A DNA stretch of 64,000 bases from the human T2T-CHM13v2.0 reference genome, Homo sapiens: the NCBI RefSeq assembly GCF_009914755.1, contig NC_060935.1, one strand, 5' to 3'. A program made the translations under genes and the position numbers. The notes beneath the pieces were generated by a model. That model worked only from the letters and a program-made list of their open reading frames with translations. It searched no databases and was not told the DNA's origin. Positions within the stretch are counted from its first letter, which is position 1. Each line of letters begins with the position of its first letter. This document shows, in pieces, positions 1 to 13,429 of this stretch.

Positions 1-140
1 GCCTTGTTCTAGATCTTGGAACAAGAACACTCAGCCTTTCACCATGAGTTATAATGCTACCTGTAAGTTTTCCTTGGATGCCCTTTTTAGATTGAGTTTC
101 TTTCTATTCTTAATTAGTTAAGAATTTTTATTATCAGCCC
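1..140 (-). mobile_element. Old L1 (L1M) ORF2 fragment, antisense
   Basis: 'gccttgttctagatcttgga...cagcctttcaccatgagttataatgctacctgtaagttttcc' resembles antisense L1 ORF2. Confidence 0.55.
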
Positions 141-635
141 CTGAACTGGAACCAAGCGACGAAAAGCAGAAAAAGAAAGTGAGTTAGGGATTGTGGAACT
201 AAAACCTATTTCTTTGTGATTGCAGTAACTATAGTTTCTATACAAATCTTAAATAATCTGGTTGAACTAGAAATTTCAAGCTATTATTTCCCTGTTTAAA
301 ATCCTTCATCCATGTATCATCTTCTATAGGATGAAATCTAGTTCACTTTGAATGATGCTTATGGCCCTCAGTACTACGGCCTAGGCCTTCAGCTGCATCT
401 CATTTCTCTTGATTCTCCTGAATGCATTTCTGCACTCTTGCTGTTTGAGCTATGTGCATTTTTAAAAACATACTATAGCTGTCAACTCTATTTTGTAACT
501 GCCATTTATTCTGTCTGGAATGCCTTTTTAGTTAGCACTATGGGGAAAACTTCTACTTCCTTAATTTGAAACATTTCTATGAACCAGTCCCAAATCTTCC
601 AAACCTTATTGTAAACATTTTTTTTCAGTGCACGA

Positions 636-731
636 TGAAGCAGAATATTTCCCTGACCCCTTTGCAGGACTTACGACAGGCGTGCCTCATGTACTCAGCC
701 CATCACTCTCAATTCCTCGTGGGAGGGAACG
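636..731 (-). mobile_element. Terminal ~96 bp (U5 end) of the 3' LTR of the ERV1 provirus
   Basis: About 80% identical to 2209-2305 ('tgaagcag..tatttccctgacccctt'). Confidence 0.85.
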
Positions 732-2208
732 TTGGTTGCCCATTCCGAGACAGAGGGAAATAGGCATCCCTAATTTTCTTTCCCTCTTTCAGTGAAAACT
801 CAGGGTGTAAGCAGAAAGAAAATAGGCATCTCCCTTTTCTCTTCCATCATTTTATTCCTGAGTCCCAGCAACCTTAGATGGATGCCACCCATGGGTGCTA
901 TTGTGGCCTGCACCTGTGAAGCAGGGAGGGCCTAGAAAATAGGAGTTACCTGCACTCACATACGCCTCCATCCCCCCTACTGCTGGCCACCTTTGGGTTC
1001 CTTAGGGCCTTACCTATGCCATGGAGCATGACTTCCTTCCATGAAGGGGGGGCTTAATCAGCAAGAATTAGTCCTGCCCATTTACACTTTGCTCAGTGTC
1101 TGGCTTTGGATCCCTCGGGTCTCATTTTCCCTTCCTGGGCTTCAACCAAAGTTTACAATTAGTTTGGAAAAAAAGGTGTCTCAGAGGGTGCATGGATTAA
1201 TTTAGATTAAGTCCCAGACGGGCCTTGCCAAATTTGCAGTTATTAGCCAGTGGGGTCACTCCTTTGTTGTTTACCTACCATAAGCAGAGTGCTAAGGTGG
1301 GAAAGAAAACTCTCTCACACAGAAAAGGGAAAAAGAGAAAAACAGCTTAAGTGCAATGCAGGGACTTGCTCTATGCAAATGGGTTCCTTTAATTGTTGTA
1401 TCTTTCCTCTGGACCAAGCTAGACCCCTCAGCCAGGGGAAGAAAGACTCTATGGGAGCATTGCGGGACGGGGACAGTGAGCAGAAAACATTGGCCAACTA
1501 GTCGTGTGAGGTCCCTGGCCCTGAGACTGCCTGGGGCCTTGGAGGCAGCCAGGGTTCTCTCCCGCCCTGCATGGCTGTTGGGCACAGCTGCGGACGTGCC
1601 CAAGAGCCTCAGCCAAGAGAGGAGGAGGCGAGAAGGGGAGCCACTGTGCACGGTGGGCACCTGCAGTTGTTGGGGTTGGGGTCAGGGTCGCACCTCTAAG
1701 AACAAATGGAAATCACATTGTTCTGTATTGCATATCTGGTTGCTGGGCCAAATGCTTATTCTACCTACTAACGTTTCTGCAGTTTGTGGCAAAACCCTTA
1801 ACATTATAAAAGAAGAAATAGGAGCCATTTCAAACTGTGAAAGAAGAAAAGAAAGATACCATAGAAAAGTCTAGGGGTCTTGGCCCATGCCTTAATGGGC
1901 GATCGGGAACAAGGTCCAGTCCAGGAGCCTTCCAGCTACACTGAGGAATGGCCTTGGCTAGATGCCTTCAGTTGCCCCGGGACTTATTCTGGTCCCACGC
2001 GTTGGCTAGATTTCCATGAAGGGAAACAGACCCAACTTTCCTTTCACCCGAAAGAAAGAGAGATGTGGCAGAGTTGCATCTTGTTCTCTGAAAATGGCAT
2101 AGCTCAGAGGAAAGTCTGAGGACAAGACGTCTTGGAAAAAAGTGAAGAGACAGATCCGGCAGATCCTCATTTACTCAACCTTCTGCCGAATCTTGGACAA
2201 GCCCCAGA
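732..2208 (-). mobile_element. ERV1 (HUERS-P-like) internal leader/pre-gag region, non-coding remnant
   Basis: Lies between the PBS and the 3' LTR remnant; GC-richer retroviral leader-like sequence with no intact ORF. Confidence 0.75.
2190..2206 (-). promoter_or_regulatory. Primer-binding site, tRNA-Pro
   Basis: Minus strand TGGGGCTTGTCCAAGAT 2 nt after the LTR terminal CA, versus canonical Pro PBS TGGGGGCTCGTCCGGGAT. Confidence 0.8.
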
Positions 2209-3089
2209 TGAAGCAGGGTATTTCCCTGACCCCTTCGCGGGACTCACAACAGGGGAGTGCCTCGTTTACTCAGGCCGCTGCTCTCAATTCCTTGCAGGAG
2301 TGAGCGTGCGAGCAGACAAGGCGGGAACTGGAGTGCACGAGCGCTGGAACCGGATGGCCACTTTGATGCCGGCAGGAGCGAACTCTGTGTGGGTCCTGCG
2401 GCACCGTCCAGTAGAGGTACCTGCAACTCCGGAAGCCCCAGAGGGCGCATTACAGTGCTCTTTTAGCTATGCCAACCGTGAGTGGCTGAGGTGTTAACAG
2501 CTTAGTGGGCACTTTGCCTCATCGCATGGGAAAACTGCCCTCCAGACGCCAGTGGCGGCAAAGGGCCAGTGTGACAGCATTTTGTATCTTCACTCGTGGC
2601 TCCTGAGTTCCCGTCTGCCACCCAGGGAAAATGAGGTCACATGAGTGAAATGAAGGATGGTAAATGCAGGGGATTTTATTGCCAATGATGAAAGTGGCTC
2701 TCAGCAGGAAGGGGAGCTGAAAAGGGGACGGGGGTAAGTAATCTTCCCCTGAAGTCTACCCATCTCCAGCTGGATTCTTCTCCGAAGTTATGCCATCAAG
2801 CTGTCACTCTGAAGTCAAGCCGCTTCGTTCTGACATCCAGCCATAGTCTCTGATGTCCAGCTGCTTCTCCTCTCTGCCAGCTGAGTTTGGGGTCTTTATA
2901 GGCACAGGATGGGGCAGGGCAGGGCAGGTCCACGGGTCGTTTAGGAAAAGGCAACATTCAAGCGGGAATATAGGAATGTAAGTTCTCACTCTGGGCTGCG
3001 GTTTCAGGCTTTTTGGCTTGAGGGTGGGGTTGTCACCAGGGACTCGCCCTTTTCTGCCTAGAATTTCTCTGCCTCCTGTCCCTATCACA
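2209..3089 (-). mobile_element. Full 5' LTR, ERV1 LTR1/LTR27/LTR28/MER61 group
   Basis: Minus strand starts TG(TG)ATAGGGACAGGAGGCAGAGAAATTCTAGGCAGAAAAGGGCG, has TATA-like 'cctataaag' and ends ...GCTTCA; putative 4-bp TSD ACGA (632-635)/ATGA (3090-3093). Confidence 0.85.
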
Positions 3090-4661
3090 ATGACAATTAC
3101 TATTTGTTCTCTTGCTTGACTTATCCACTCAGCTATGAACTTCTTAAAAGATTTGGCCCTAGATGCTTTTATTTGTGTCCTGAAGGCTTAACTTACTGAT
3201 GTCTAACAAATGGCACATGCTGACAGTTTAGAGTGAATCATCGAAGGAAGGAGACAGTTTCCCTGGATTTGCTGAGGCTGAGAACCAGTGTCTTGACAGT
3301 AACAGTCAAGTAGGATTGGCTTATCCTTGTATTTACATATGGAAATACCTGAAGGAATTCTGAACTTGATAGAATTACTAATGTCTGATTATTAATTTTG
3401 AACAAGTATGAAATATGTTTAAAATACATTATCAAAATAGGGTTAATTAATGCAATTGTTGACATAGAGCATCTGAAACAACTTCCATCTCTTCCCTTTC
3501 AATACTCTAATGAGGCAAAAGAAATGACATTCAGTTGGAATATATCTATAAAACTTTTCAGCTATGTGAATTCCAAGAATAAATATAATTATTGGTCACA
3601 CTTGAAAATGTATTTTCCATATTCCTAAACATTAACAAGAAGTTGACTTTATTCCACTCTTTACTTTCCCCATTATTAGCATCCTGAAGAATAACTTCTC
3701 TTATTTGATTTTAAATGAAGCATAGTCTGGGTGTCAATTTGTGCAGGATGATTTTCCAGGAATAGATCAACTTGTAAGTAGATTTAAGGCAATGAAAACT
3801 CAGATATGCCTATTTTTGTTTCAGGGTATGAAACAAGAGGTAAACCACAGTAACTGCCTACATAAGATTGGCAAATAAATGGATGAAGGGGACTGAAATA
3901 TGTCAGATGGATGTGTCAGGCTGGAGGAGTGAGTTTCCTGACATGGAAGAAATAAAGCCACTGCTTCCTTCAGTTACATGTTCAGTAAAGAACTGCATAG
4001 ATTTCAGCCATGAAGCTCCATGTGGGCTGGTAATTCTGTCCTATTCGAAGCCAATCTCTCCTACCCAGCTGGTGAGCTAAGGGAGTTTTCTAAGACTCTC
4101 AGCCGATCTGTGGCACATATCTTGTATCAATGTTTTGTACAATATATAGTTTTATGGAGCCTTTAGTCCAATTTTGCTACAGCCAACGGAGATTTCTGTC
4201 ACATAATATTTAACTTCTTTTCAGAAAGGACCATTCTGAAGCAAGGCACACTTTATCCTCAATGCTGCCACTTTATTTTGATGAGGTGTAAGGGTGTGCT
4301 ATCTAGGAAACGCATGACAGAATGTCATAGCAATGAGATACTGTGTTGATGCTATCGGATGTTTCTCAAACACTAAGTTTCCCATTAGTACTTGTAGAGA
4401 TTCACAGAAAAATTTCTCCAAGAATGCCACTCAGATTCCCATGATCACCAATTATATCTTTTACTTATTTTTCCAGATATTTAATTTTCCTCTTTAAATT
4501 TTAATCAAGTAACCTTGACACACATACATTTTTAAATGAAGTCATACATAGGAATGTCTAAACAACAAAGCTTTTTTTTCCTTTAGTGTCTTTCTCTTTT
4601 TTTTTGAAAGAATAATTATGATTGAAGACTGAATGATAAATCATTAAGAAATAACAGGTAT

Positions 4662-5147
<486 letters not shown>

Positions 5148-5640
5148 CTATAAGGCAAGCTTACACATTGTGGGAAGAAAATAAAGCAATATAAAACAAA
5201 ATAAATGCCACTATATATAATCAAAACATCAATAATTATTTTTTCACATTGGAATAACCTCCAACTGTTGTTAAGAACATGACTTCTTTTGACTTTCTGT
5301 AAACGTAGTCCAAGAAAATGTCTTTGGATAGAAGCATAGCCACTGCTTGAATACTGACAATCCGAGAGCAAATTAGCAGTAGACTTGATTTTTAAATAAC
5401 TTCTGTCTTAGACAATTTAACATTTGCTGTGTTTTTAGTGATCTGAGAACTTCAAAGTTTTTCCTCACATATTGTCAAGATTTTAAACCCTGAGTTTTGA
5501 GTGCAGGTGTGTATCATTAATGAACCACAGGTAATGATACTGAATTAGCATTGCCTAATCAATGCCAGAAAACATTGGCTTCTCAATAAAGATTTGATAC
5601 AAGACTGGAAACTGATTATCATACAGTTAAATTCTGGAGG

Positions 5641-5826
5641 GCACTATTTCCCAAAGTTTAGTCCAAAATGATCTGAGGAGGAATCAACTAAAATGCAGTT
5701 TTCTAAGCCCCACTGTAGAATTTCCAAACCAGAATTTCTGAGGGTACAGTGCTAAAGAGAGGAAATAAGTACTATTAAGTAACTCCTCCAGAAAACTTTT
5801 TCACACTAAAATTTGACAAACATTGT
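5641..5826. mobile_element. MER5-like hAT-Charlie MITE
   Basis: 'aaaatgcagttttctaagccccac...cagaatttctgagggt...cacactaaaatttgacaaacattg'. Confidence 0.6.
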
Positions 5827-5959
5827 TCAGAATTATATTAGGCAAGTAATGCAAGTTATTCTGTTATTTCCTCTTAAATTTTCATACTTTAAAGTTAGTA
5901 CTCTTTCTTATCCACACCAACAGCATGCTGTGACTCAGACTCTTCTTAATTCTAAGTGA

Positions 5960-6865
5960 CTGTGCCTGCACTATTTATTATAGTAGCCACTAATTACATG
6001 TGTCTACAGAGCACTTGAAATCTGGCTAGTGTGACTGAGAAGTTGAATTTTTAAACTTTTTAAAATTTAATTAATTTAATTTTAATCCTTTCAATGAATA
6101 GTTACTTCATACACTGGGAAGCTTTTAAGTGCATTTGAACCAATTTGGAATTATGAATTTGCCTTTTCAACTTATGACTTTATGTAATCTCAGTATAAAT
6201 CAAAATTTCAGATGGGAATTTAGCATCCAAATTAGATGTTCTGTAAGTTAAAATATACAGCATGTTTTCTCTCACATGTGGGAAGGTAAAGACACCTTTG
6301 GAGAGGAGAATGATAGACACCAAAGGCTAAGAAGCGTATATAGATCTGTGAGGTAGCGTGGGGGGAGAGGATGTGAGAGAGATTGATTAAGGGATATAAA
6401 CATACAGTTATATAGAAGAAATAGGTTCTATTGTTGATAGCAGAGTTGGGTGACTATAGTTAAGAACAATGTATATTTCAAAACAGCTAGAAGTGGGGAC
6501 TGGAAATGTTCTCGGCACATAGGAATGATAAATACTGGAGGTGATAGATACCCCAAATACCCTGACTTAATCATTACACATTCTATGTATGTAACACAAT
6601 ATTACACGTAACCCATAAATATGTCAGAATATTATGTATCAATAAAATTATGCAGCAGATCTCACAAGAGTTAGTGTGGAAAAAGAATGCAAAATATCTC
6701 AATAAATTTATATTGCTTACATGTCAAAATAATAAATTGTATATATTGAATTAAGATATATTTTAAAACTCAACTTAGCCCATTTTTAAAATATTTTTAA
6801 TGAGGCTACTGGAAACATTTTATATTGCATCCATGGCTTTCATTATCTTTTTACTGGAAAGTAGT
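5960..6865. mobile_element. Charlie1/MER33-type hAT transposon interrupted by an L1MA 3' end
   Basis: 'gtagccactaattacatgtg...gagcacttgaaatctggctagtg' left end; 'gaggctactggaaac...ttactggaaagtagtg' right end. Confidence 0.75.
6258..6650 (+). mobile_element. L1MA 3' UTR fragment
   Basis: 'gtgactatagttaagaacaatgta...ccctgacttaatcattacacattc...tatgtatcaataaaa'. Confidence 0.85.
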
Positions 6866-7119
6866 GTCTCGGAGTAAAGTGAAGAAGCAGATTATCATTG
6901 CGAACAGGACCATCCTTATCCATTAGTGGAAGAGATATGATTTCCAAAATGCCTAGAAGATATGGGGAAAAAATAGAAGAGACAAGAAGCAACATGGGGC
7001 TGGTAGGCAGAAAAATTTGAAACATGTATGTTCACCTACCTCACATTTTAACTTAGAGTTAATGGAAATACTAATATCAGATTTGTTTTGCTACCTATCG
7101 CTTAAGAATTTTTGCTCAG

Positions 7120-7538
7120 TGGATTAGTCTGTTTTGTATTGCCATAAAAGAATACCTGAGACTGCATTATTAATAAAGAAAAGAGGTTTATTTGGCTCTT
7201 GATTCGTCAGGCTGTATAAGAAGCATGACGCTTGCTTCTTCTCTGCTTCTGGTAAGGGTCATGGGTAAGGGTCATGGCAGAAGGCAAAAGGGGAGCAAGC
7301 ATGTCACATGATGAAAGAGGAAGCAAGAGAGAAGGGAGGAAGTACCAGTCTCTTTTAAACAACCAGATCTTGTGTGAACTAATAGATTGAGAACTTACTC
7401 ATTACCATGAGGAGGGCACCAAGCCACTCATGAGGGATGGCCCTCACAGCCAAGCACCTCTCACCAGGCCCTACCTCCAACACTCGGGATCAAATATAAA
7501 CATGAAATTTAGTGGGGACAAATAGCCAAACTATATCA
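7120..7538 (-). mobile_element. MST-type MaLR solo LTR
   Basis: 'tggattagtctgttttgtattgccataaaagaatacctgagact...ggggacaaatagccaaactatatca'; 5-bp TSD ctcag/ctcaa. Confidence 0.9.
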
Positions 7539-7704
7539 CTCAATATACAGTATTTCCCAGCCCTCTAACAGAAGACTGGCACCCAGGAAAAATAAGGGAT
7601 CAAGAAGTGCCAATCTACAAATTATTATTTGGGCATGTAAGCAGTATAAACTTATGGATATATTTTGCATTCTTTTTTATGCTAACTCTTGTGAGATCTG
7701 CTGC

Positions 7705-7928
7705 ATATTTTTACTGATACATAATATTCTTACATATCAATTGGTTACATGTAATGTTGTGTTTCATACATAGAATGTGTAATGATCAAGTCAGGTTATT
7801 TGGGGTGCCTATCACCTCCAGTACTTATCATTTCTGTGTGTTGAGAACATTTCAAGTATCCTCTTCTATCTATTCAGAAATACATAAAACATTGTGCTTA
7901 ACTATAGTCATCCAACTCTGCTATTGAG
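7705..7928 (-). mobile_element. L1MA 3' end, antisense
   Basis: 'tgtgtaatgatcaagtcagg...aactatagtcatccaactctgctattga'. Confidence 0.8.
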
Positions 7929-8259
7929 TGGGAATTATTTTCTTTACAGTGTAAAATCATGAAATATTTCAGTCATTCAGGTTTATAATAAACATTATTA
8001 CTGCCAATTCTGCTCAAGAGGTTATCCTCATTAATTGTCCTTCAATTTTATACAACAGTCATTTAAGGAAGACAGACCAAAGGAGGATAAAAATTTGAGA
8101 GGAGGGCCTATGGAATAAACAAATATATATGTGTATTGAAATCATAAGAATTGCCCTTTCTCTCCTTCTTACCCTACTCCTTTCCATCACTCTTCTACCA
8201 TTTCTATCTCTTCCTTTCCCTTCCTGAGCCATCCAGTCCTAAATCCAAGCGAAGCAGTA

Positions 8260-9765
8260 GTCTGCACTAAGTGGAAAAGAGCCACAGTGATCAAAACAGT
8301 GTGTGAGAGCCTGGGGTAATGGGGAAGGTTTTCACATAGGAGGGAAATGTTAGTAAGGTACAGAAGTCCAGTAAACTAAGCAGGGACGTCCAGTATGAGA
8401 TATTGAGTTTTGAGTGAGTCAAAGCTGTGTCCACATGGCAATGTGGCAGGCAGCCCTTTGCAGGGTGCCAGAGCCTCGACTGGGTGGAAGGGGCATCTCT
8501 GCTATGAAGGCTTTTTTGGCACAGAGTTAGGCAGCATGGGAAAAATAAGAAGGAACTACATCATGGGTAGTATTTGAGGCTACACAGACTGCCAGCGCTA
8601 AAGTAAGGTGAAGAGGACACATACATAGGAGAATGAGTGTTGTAACGAGGATTTTCATTAATTACATATGTTAAGGGTGATGGAAGTTAGTATCAGGGAA
8701 TAGAGTTGCAAGCATGGGACCGAAAATGTTAAAAGGATAATGGTGTTTGACTGAATTTGAAAGTACTAATGGAAACTCATGTTATCATATATGCCTGCCT
8801 CCTAGATTTTAGCTTCTGTACGCTATTCTCTTCTTCAAGAAATGGGGATTCTTAGATAAATGACTGAATTCAAAGATAGGGCAACCAATCTTGAATATAA
8901 GCCTGACACTGCTTTTGACAAGTGAGGAAATGTTCAAGGAATAATATCTGGAGGACACAGAAACCAGCTTTCTCTGGGACAATTTGAGCACAAAAATAAA
9001 CATGATAGTAATGGATAATTATCTATTGAAAAAGATGGGAAACTGATCACTTTAGGTTAATAAAAACAGATACATAAGTAAATGTATTTGTTTGATGAGA
9101 AACATAATATTTATGTATCTTCAGAATGCCTCTCTGCCAAATATTTAATAACTACAAAGGGCAAAATATTTTACTTTTTTGAAGCAATCACTGGTAGTGA
9201 TTATTTATCTCAAGTTACCAAACATTATTTGCAATGGGACATTTGAAATCTTGTGCCCCTGATGGGCTACAATGAGAAAAACGCAGTATAATTGTTGTAG
9301 TATCTAGCCAAAGATACATTACCTGCATCTACTCATGAGGAAACATCAGATGAAGCCAACTGAATAACATTCTATAAAATAATTGGCCTATACACGTCAA
9401 AAGTATCAGAGTCATGAAAGTTATGGACAGACTATGGAACTGTTCCATCTTGAAAATGACTAAAGAGACAGGACAACTAAGTACAATCATGATTCTGAAG
9501 TGTATTTTTGAGTTGTAAAAGACATGTTTTGGACCATTCCACATTTGCTGGGGTCTGAGTGTTAGATTGCTAATGACTCAATATTAACTTCCTGATTCTA
9601 ATATTTTGTTGTTATGTAAGAAGAAATCTAAAATGCTATAAAGTGTTTGGGGATGATGGGGCATCATGTTCTCAAATTACTAACAAATAGTTCATGAAAA
9701 AATAAGCCGTTTTTCCTGTTCTTCCAACTTTTCTTTGCATTTTTTAGTGCTTCCAAATTAAAATT
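8260..9765 (+). mobile_element. L1MC4/L1MC5-type 3' UTR
   Basis: 'catgaggaaacatcaga...aacattctataaaataattggcctatac...gactaaagagacaggacaactaa'; 5' boundary approximate. Confidence 0.75.
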
Positions 9766-12700
9766 ATACCACAAAATCATGAGAAATGAATATGTCTTTA
9801 TTTTTTTAATCTATCATCCATTAAATGAGTGGTTTTTATTTTTTTTTATTTATTGATTTATTTTCCCTTCAAATAAAATGTTGTTAGGAAAACCCGGAAT
9901 AAAGCAAATAAAACTGGAGCTGCTCAGCTCTCTCTGTCACCCCTGTGGGGTGCTCATCAGACCTATTCTTTGTGAGACTAATGAAACAAATAGGCAAACT
10001 ATAGAGTGGGTCAAATAGTGTATTTTCAACATAATTATTATGGAGAAAAATAAATTCATGATGAGAGGTAGGGAATTTGGGAGTGAAGGTGACCATGTGG
10101 AGTGTGGGGTTTTGGAGATTTGAAAAGAAAAGACAAATCTGAGATTTCTATCTAGGAGAACAGGAGAGAGAAAAGACTGGAGGAGAAACAAAAGATTAGG
10201 TCAGAGAAAAGATAGAAAAGTCTGATCCTGGGCAACATTAGGGGCCCACTGGAGCATAGATGTAGTACATTTAAAGTGGGATCGGCACTATTTCTTCAGT
10301 TATGTTCATCTGCAAAGTTGCAGGCACAAGTGGAGAGTTTGATTAACTTGGATTGTGTTTCTTTTTCAGAAGTGTATAGCAAAACAAGTAAGGAAATGAC
10401 AGTTGAGGATGTTTGCAAGGGAGTTGTAATAATTGACTGTGATAATATAAGCTGTTATAGGTTATAAACAAAATGAATGTTATTGAAGAAGAATGTACTT
10501 CCTTTCCTGTCTCAGACTTACTACTGCAGGTGTTCCTGAAATCCTTCTTTTCCTAATTGAAGAAAAGCATAGTTCTGTAAAAGATGGAATGCAGTATCTT
10601 CCCCATATTACTCCGCATATCACTAATGTCATTACATTGTTTAATAATTCTCTGTTTCTGGGTTTGTCTTCCAAACACTGAGAGGTGATGAAAGTCTCTC
10701 TTTTTTAAGTTCCTAGCACAGAGCATGATACATAGTGATGTATCAGTTTTACAGAAAATTATTTTTTGCAACAGAATCACAATTTTGTGGCAAGATGTTA
10801 TATTTTCAGAAATTATTTTATCTCTCTTTTTATTTTCCTCTCTACATATTTTTCATATGATCCTTCAAAATGTTTCACAATGAGAATCCCTGCCCCGTTT
10901 CTATATAAAGTTATTTGTTTGAAATCTACTGACTAATCTACACAATCCCTGTGTTCTAATCCTAAAATGCAAAAAGATCTAGTTGGCTCACATAATCTCC
11001 TCTCAACAGGCTTGTCTAAAGATGAGCTTCTTATTTGATCAGTTTTTCTCTCCTGGTTCATTAGTTGTGGTCAAAAGAGAGGTTAATAATTTACTGGCCA
11101 TCCAGAGGGAATCTGTGAGAACGTCTGTTACAGCCAAATTAGAGAAGCAGAACCCCTAAGAAAGAATATTATGAAGTAAGGCAAATTAGACCTTACACAA
11201 TTGTGGAAGAAATAGATCAAGAATGAAGACTTGCAGGGTCTGAGAAAAATAAAATAAAATAAAATAAAACACCTGTCAGCTTCCAGAAGACTTTTACAGC
11301 ATTAAATTTAAAAGACTATCATGGAGATGCAAATTTGGTCCTAGGGATCCGGTGAGGAATGCTTATAAACTGGTTGGTTTGGAGTTGTTGTTTTCTGCTA
11401 CTAAATCCTCTTTGAGCAACACATTGCCTTGAATTTGGTGTAGGTTTCTGGCTTCTTATAATGCAATACATATTAACAATAAATCATCCATGATACAACC
11501 ATGAATTTGTGCTCATGTGAATTTTCATCCCTGGAATTTCCCATGTATCTAAGAATACTGTGAGGCTTTTGTTTGCTTGATTGTTTTTGGATATTAAATG
11601 ATATAGATATCCTGTATCATGAGTTTGAGAATATCCGTACATAGATTTCTGAAGAATCTTCTGGAAAGTGGCATACTCAGCCATTGTTTAAAGGCCTGAG
11701 ATTATCACTGAAGAGAATGCTGAACATCAACTGGAATTTTTTTCACAACAAAATATTCATGAAGTCTAAATTGGCTATGATGTATAGGAAAGAGATATTA
11801 TGGAGGAGAGTTTAGCTATAAATATTTATGGGTGAATTTAAAAGCTTTCCAACCAAGAGAATACAAAAAAAAAACAAAAAAGGAAAAAGAAAGTCAAGTA
11901 AATTTTATTGCCTTTTATAAAGTTGCAGAGTACTGGGCAAAAAAGACTGTAGAGGCCCTTACCCTATAAGCTTTGAATTTGTCATCCTCAACTTTATTTG
12001 ACTGAACAGGGACAGGACGGAATTGGATTGCTTTTTAGCAGTTTGTGGTAAGAAGAAATATCTCCTTTAAATCACATAGCGAAAGGGATGGAATGATCTG
12101 GAACAATCGGTCTTAGTTTCTGGTACTATAATATTTCCTACAAATCTGCTCGTAAAATAGAGAAGGTTGCTTTCTAATTGCAGGGCACAGATGCCTAGGT
12201 AAAGTCCTATAACAAATAGTTTACAGGATGCTCATCTCTTTGTTATTTTCTATTTACCTTATCTGAATATGAATTGGGGGGGGGTGGTAAATGTACTATA
12301 AGCCCATGCTTATGTTCAGTGCTGAGTATAAACTAAAAGAAAAAGAGGTCACATTAAAATGGTGTCCCTGTCTAGTCAAGAGCTGCTTTTGGATATTTGT
12401 AATCAAGTCTATGGCTATGAAATATAAAAGTATCAGAGAAATCATGCTAATTTAAATGTACAAAAATAGAACAGTGACTAAAGTTAGCAATACTTGTCAT
12501 ACCAAAGGGTATAAAAGGGCTGCAAAATATACCTTAAAATCTAAAGTATCTACCAGGTATATACCAGGTAAGAACAACCTGCCAAAACTTGATGTCAAAG
12601 GAAAGTTGATGTCACCACAATAAATGGTGTTTGTGTGATAATATGACACTACTTTAACCTGCAGCAAGTGAAATTACATGTCAGCTGTAACCAATTATTT

Positions 12701-13289
12701 CTCAGCAGTTATGGGTACCCAAATTGATTCATTAAGGTGTTTCTATTTTAACCACCCCCAATCACAGACACTTTCTCAGTGCAGTCTTCCTCCTGATTTC
12801 CACTTTTGCTCTATCACTGTGTCCTTGTCAACCAGTATTTCCTGCATTCTCTCACTTTGATCCAAATCTTTCTCTTGCCCTGAATGATGATTGCTTAGAT
12901 GTGTCAGTAGCTGCATCACCTAAGTGGAAGCTCATTATCATCTAGCATCAGGGATCAGAGTATTACTGGACACCATTCTATCCTCAGATAATTAGTAATA
13001 ACTATAACTGAACTCCACATGGAAATTACTACTAAATACAAAAATATTTCATTCATCTCAAAATAAGTGTACATTGTAAACCCAAATTACCTTTAATGCT
13101 ATCCCAGGAGTTTATTTTGCTACTCCAAAGCCACTGACTGGATGAGAAATATGATGACGGGGAGTAGAAATAAAAAGACAAAAAAGTTTTAACTGATTTT
13201 GGTTAAACCACCTTATGTGGAAAAATTTATGGAAAGACATTAATAAAGCCTCCTTGGAAGAGTCCCCATGTGATGGAAAGACCCTGATG

Positions 13290-13405
13290 CTTTAATTCTA
13301 TTCGATTCCCATAAATCTGCCTCTCACTGTAAGCATAGCACCTAGATGGGTGCCTGGAACATAGAAGGTCCATAAAAATTAGATGTTAAATGCATAGATT
13401 AATAT
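13290..13405 (+). mobile_element. L2 3' end
   Basis: 'agcacctagatgggtgcctggaacatagaaggtccataaaaattagatgttaaatg'. Confidence 0.6.
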
Positions 13406-13429
13406 GTGAAAATGAAGAAGAAAATAGAT

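Larger units (their letters stand above)
285..3240 (+). mobile_element. L2 fossil split by the ERV insertion (pieces ~285-630 and ~3094-3240)
   Basis: L2-like motifs 'ccctgtttaaaatccttca', 'ctgtctggaatgcc' on the left; L2 3'-end-like 'ctatgaacttctt...gagtgaat' on the right. Confidence 0.55.

Noticed and set aside
1250-2497. Cluster of 60-172 aa ORFs
   Set aside because: GC-rich ERV leader/LTR with few stops; no gag, pol or env motifs.
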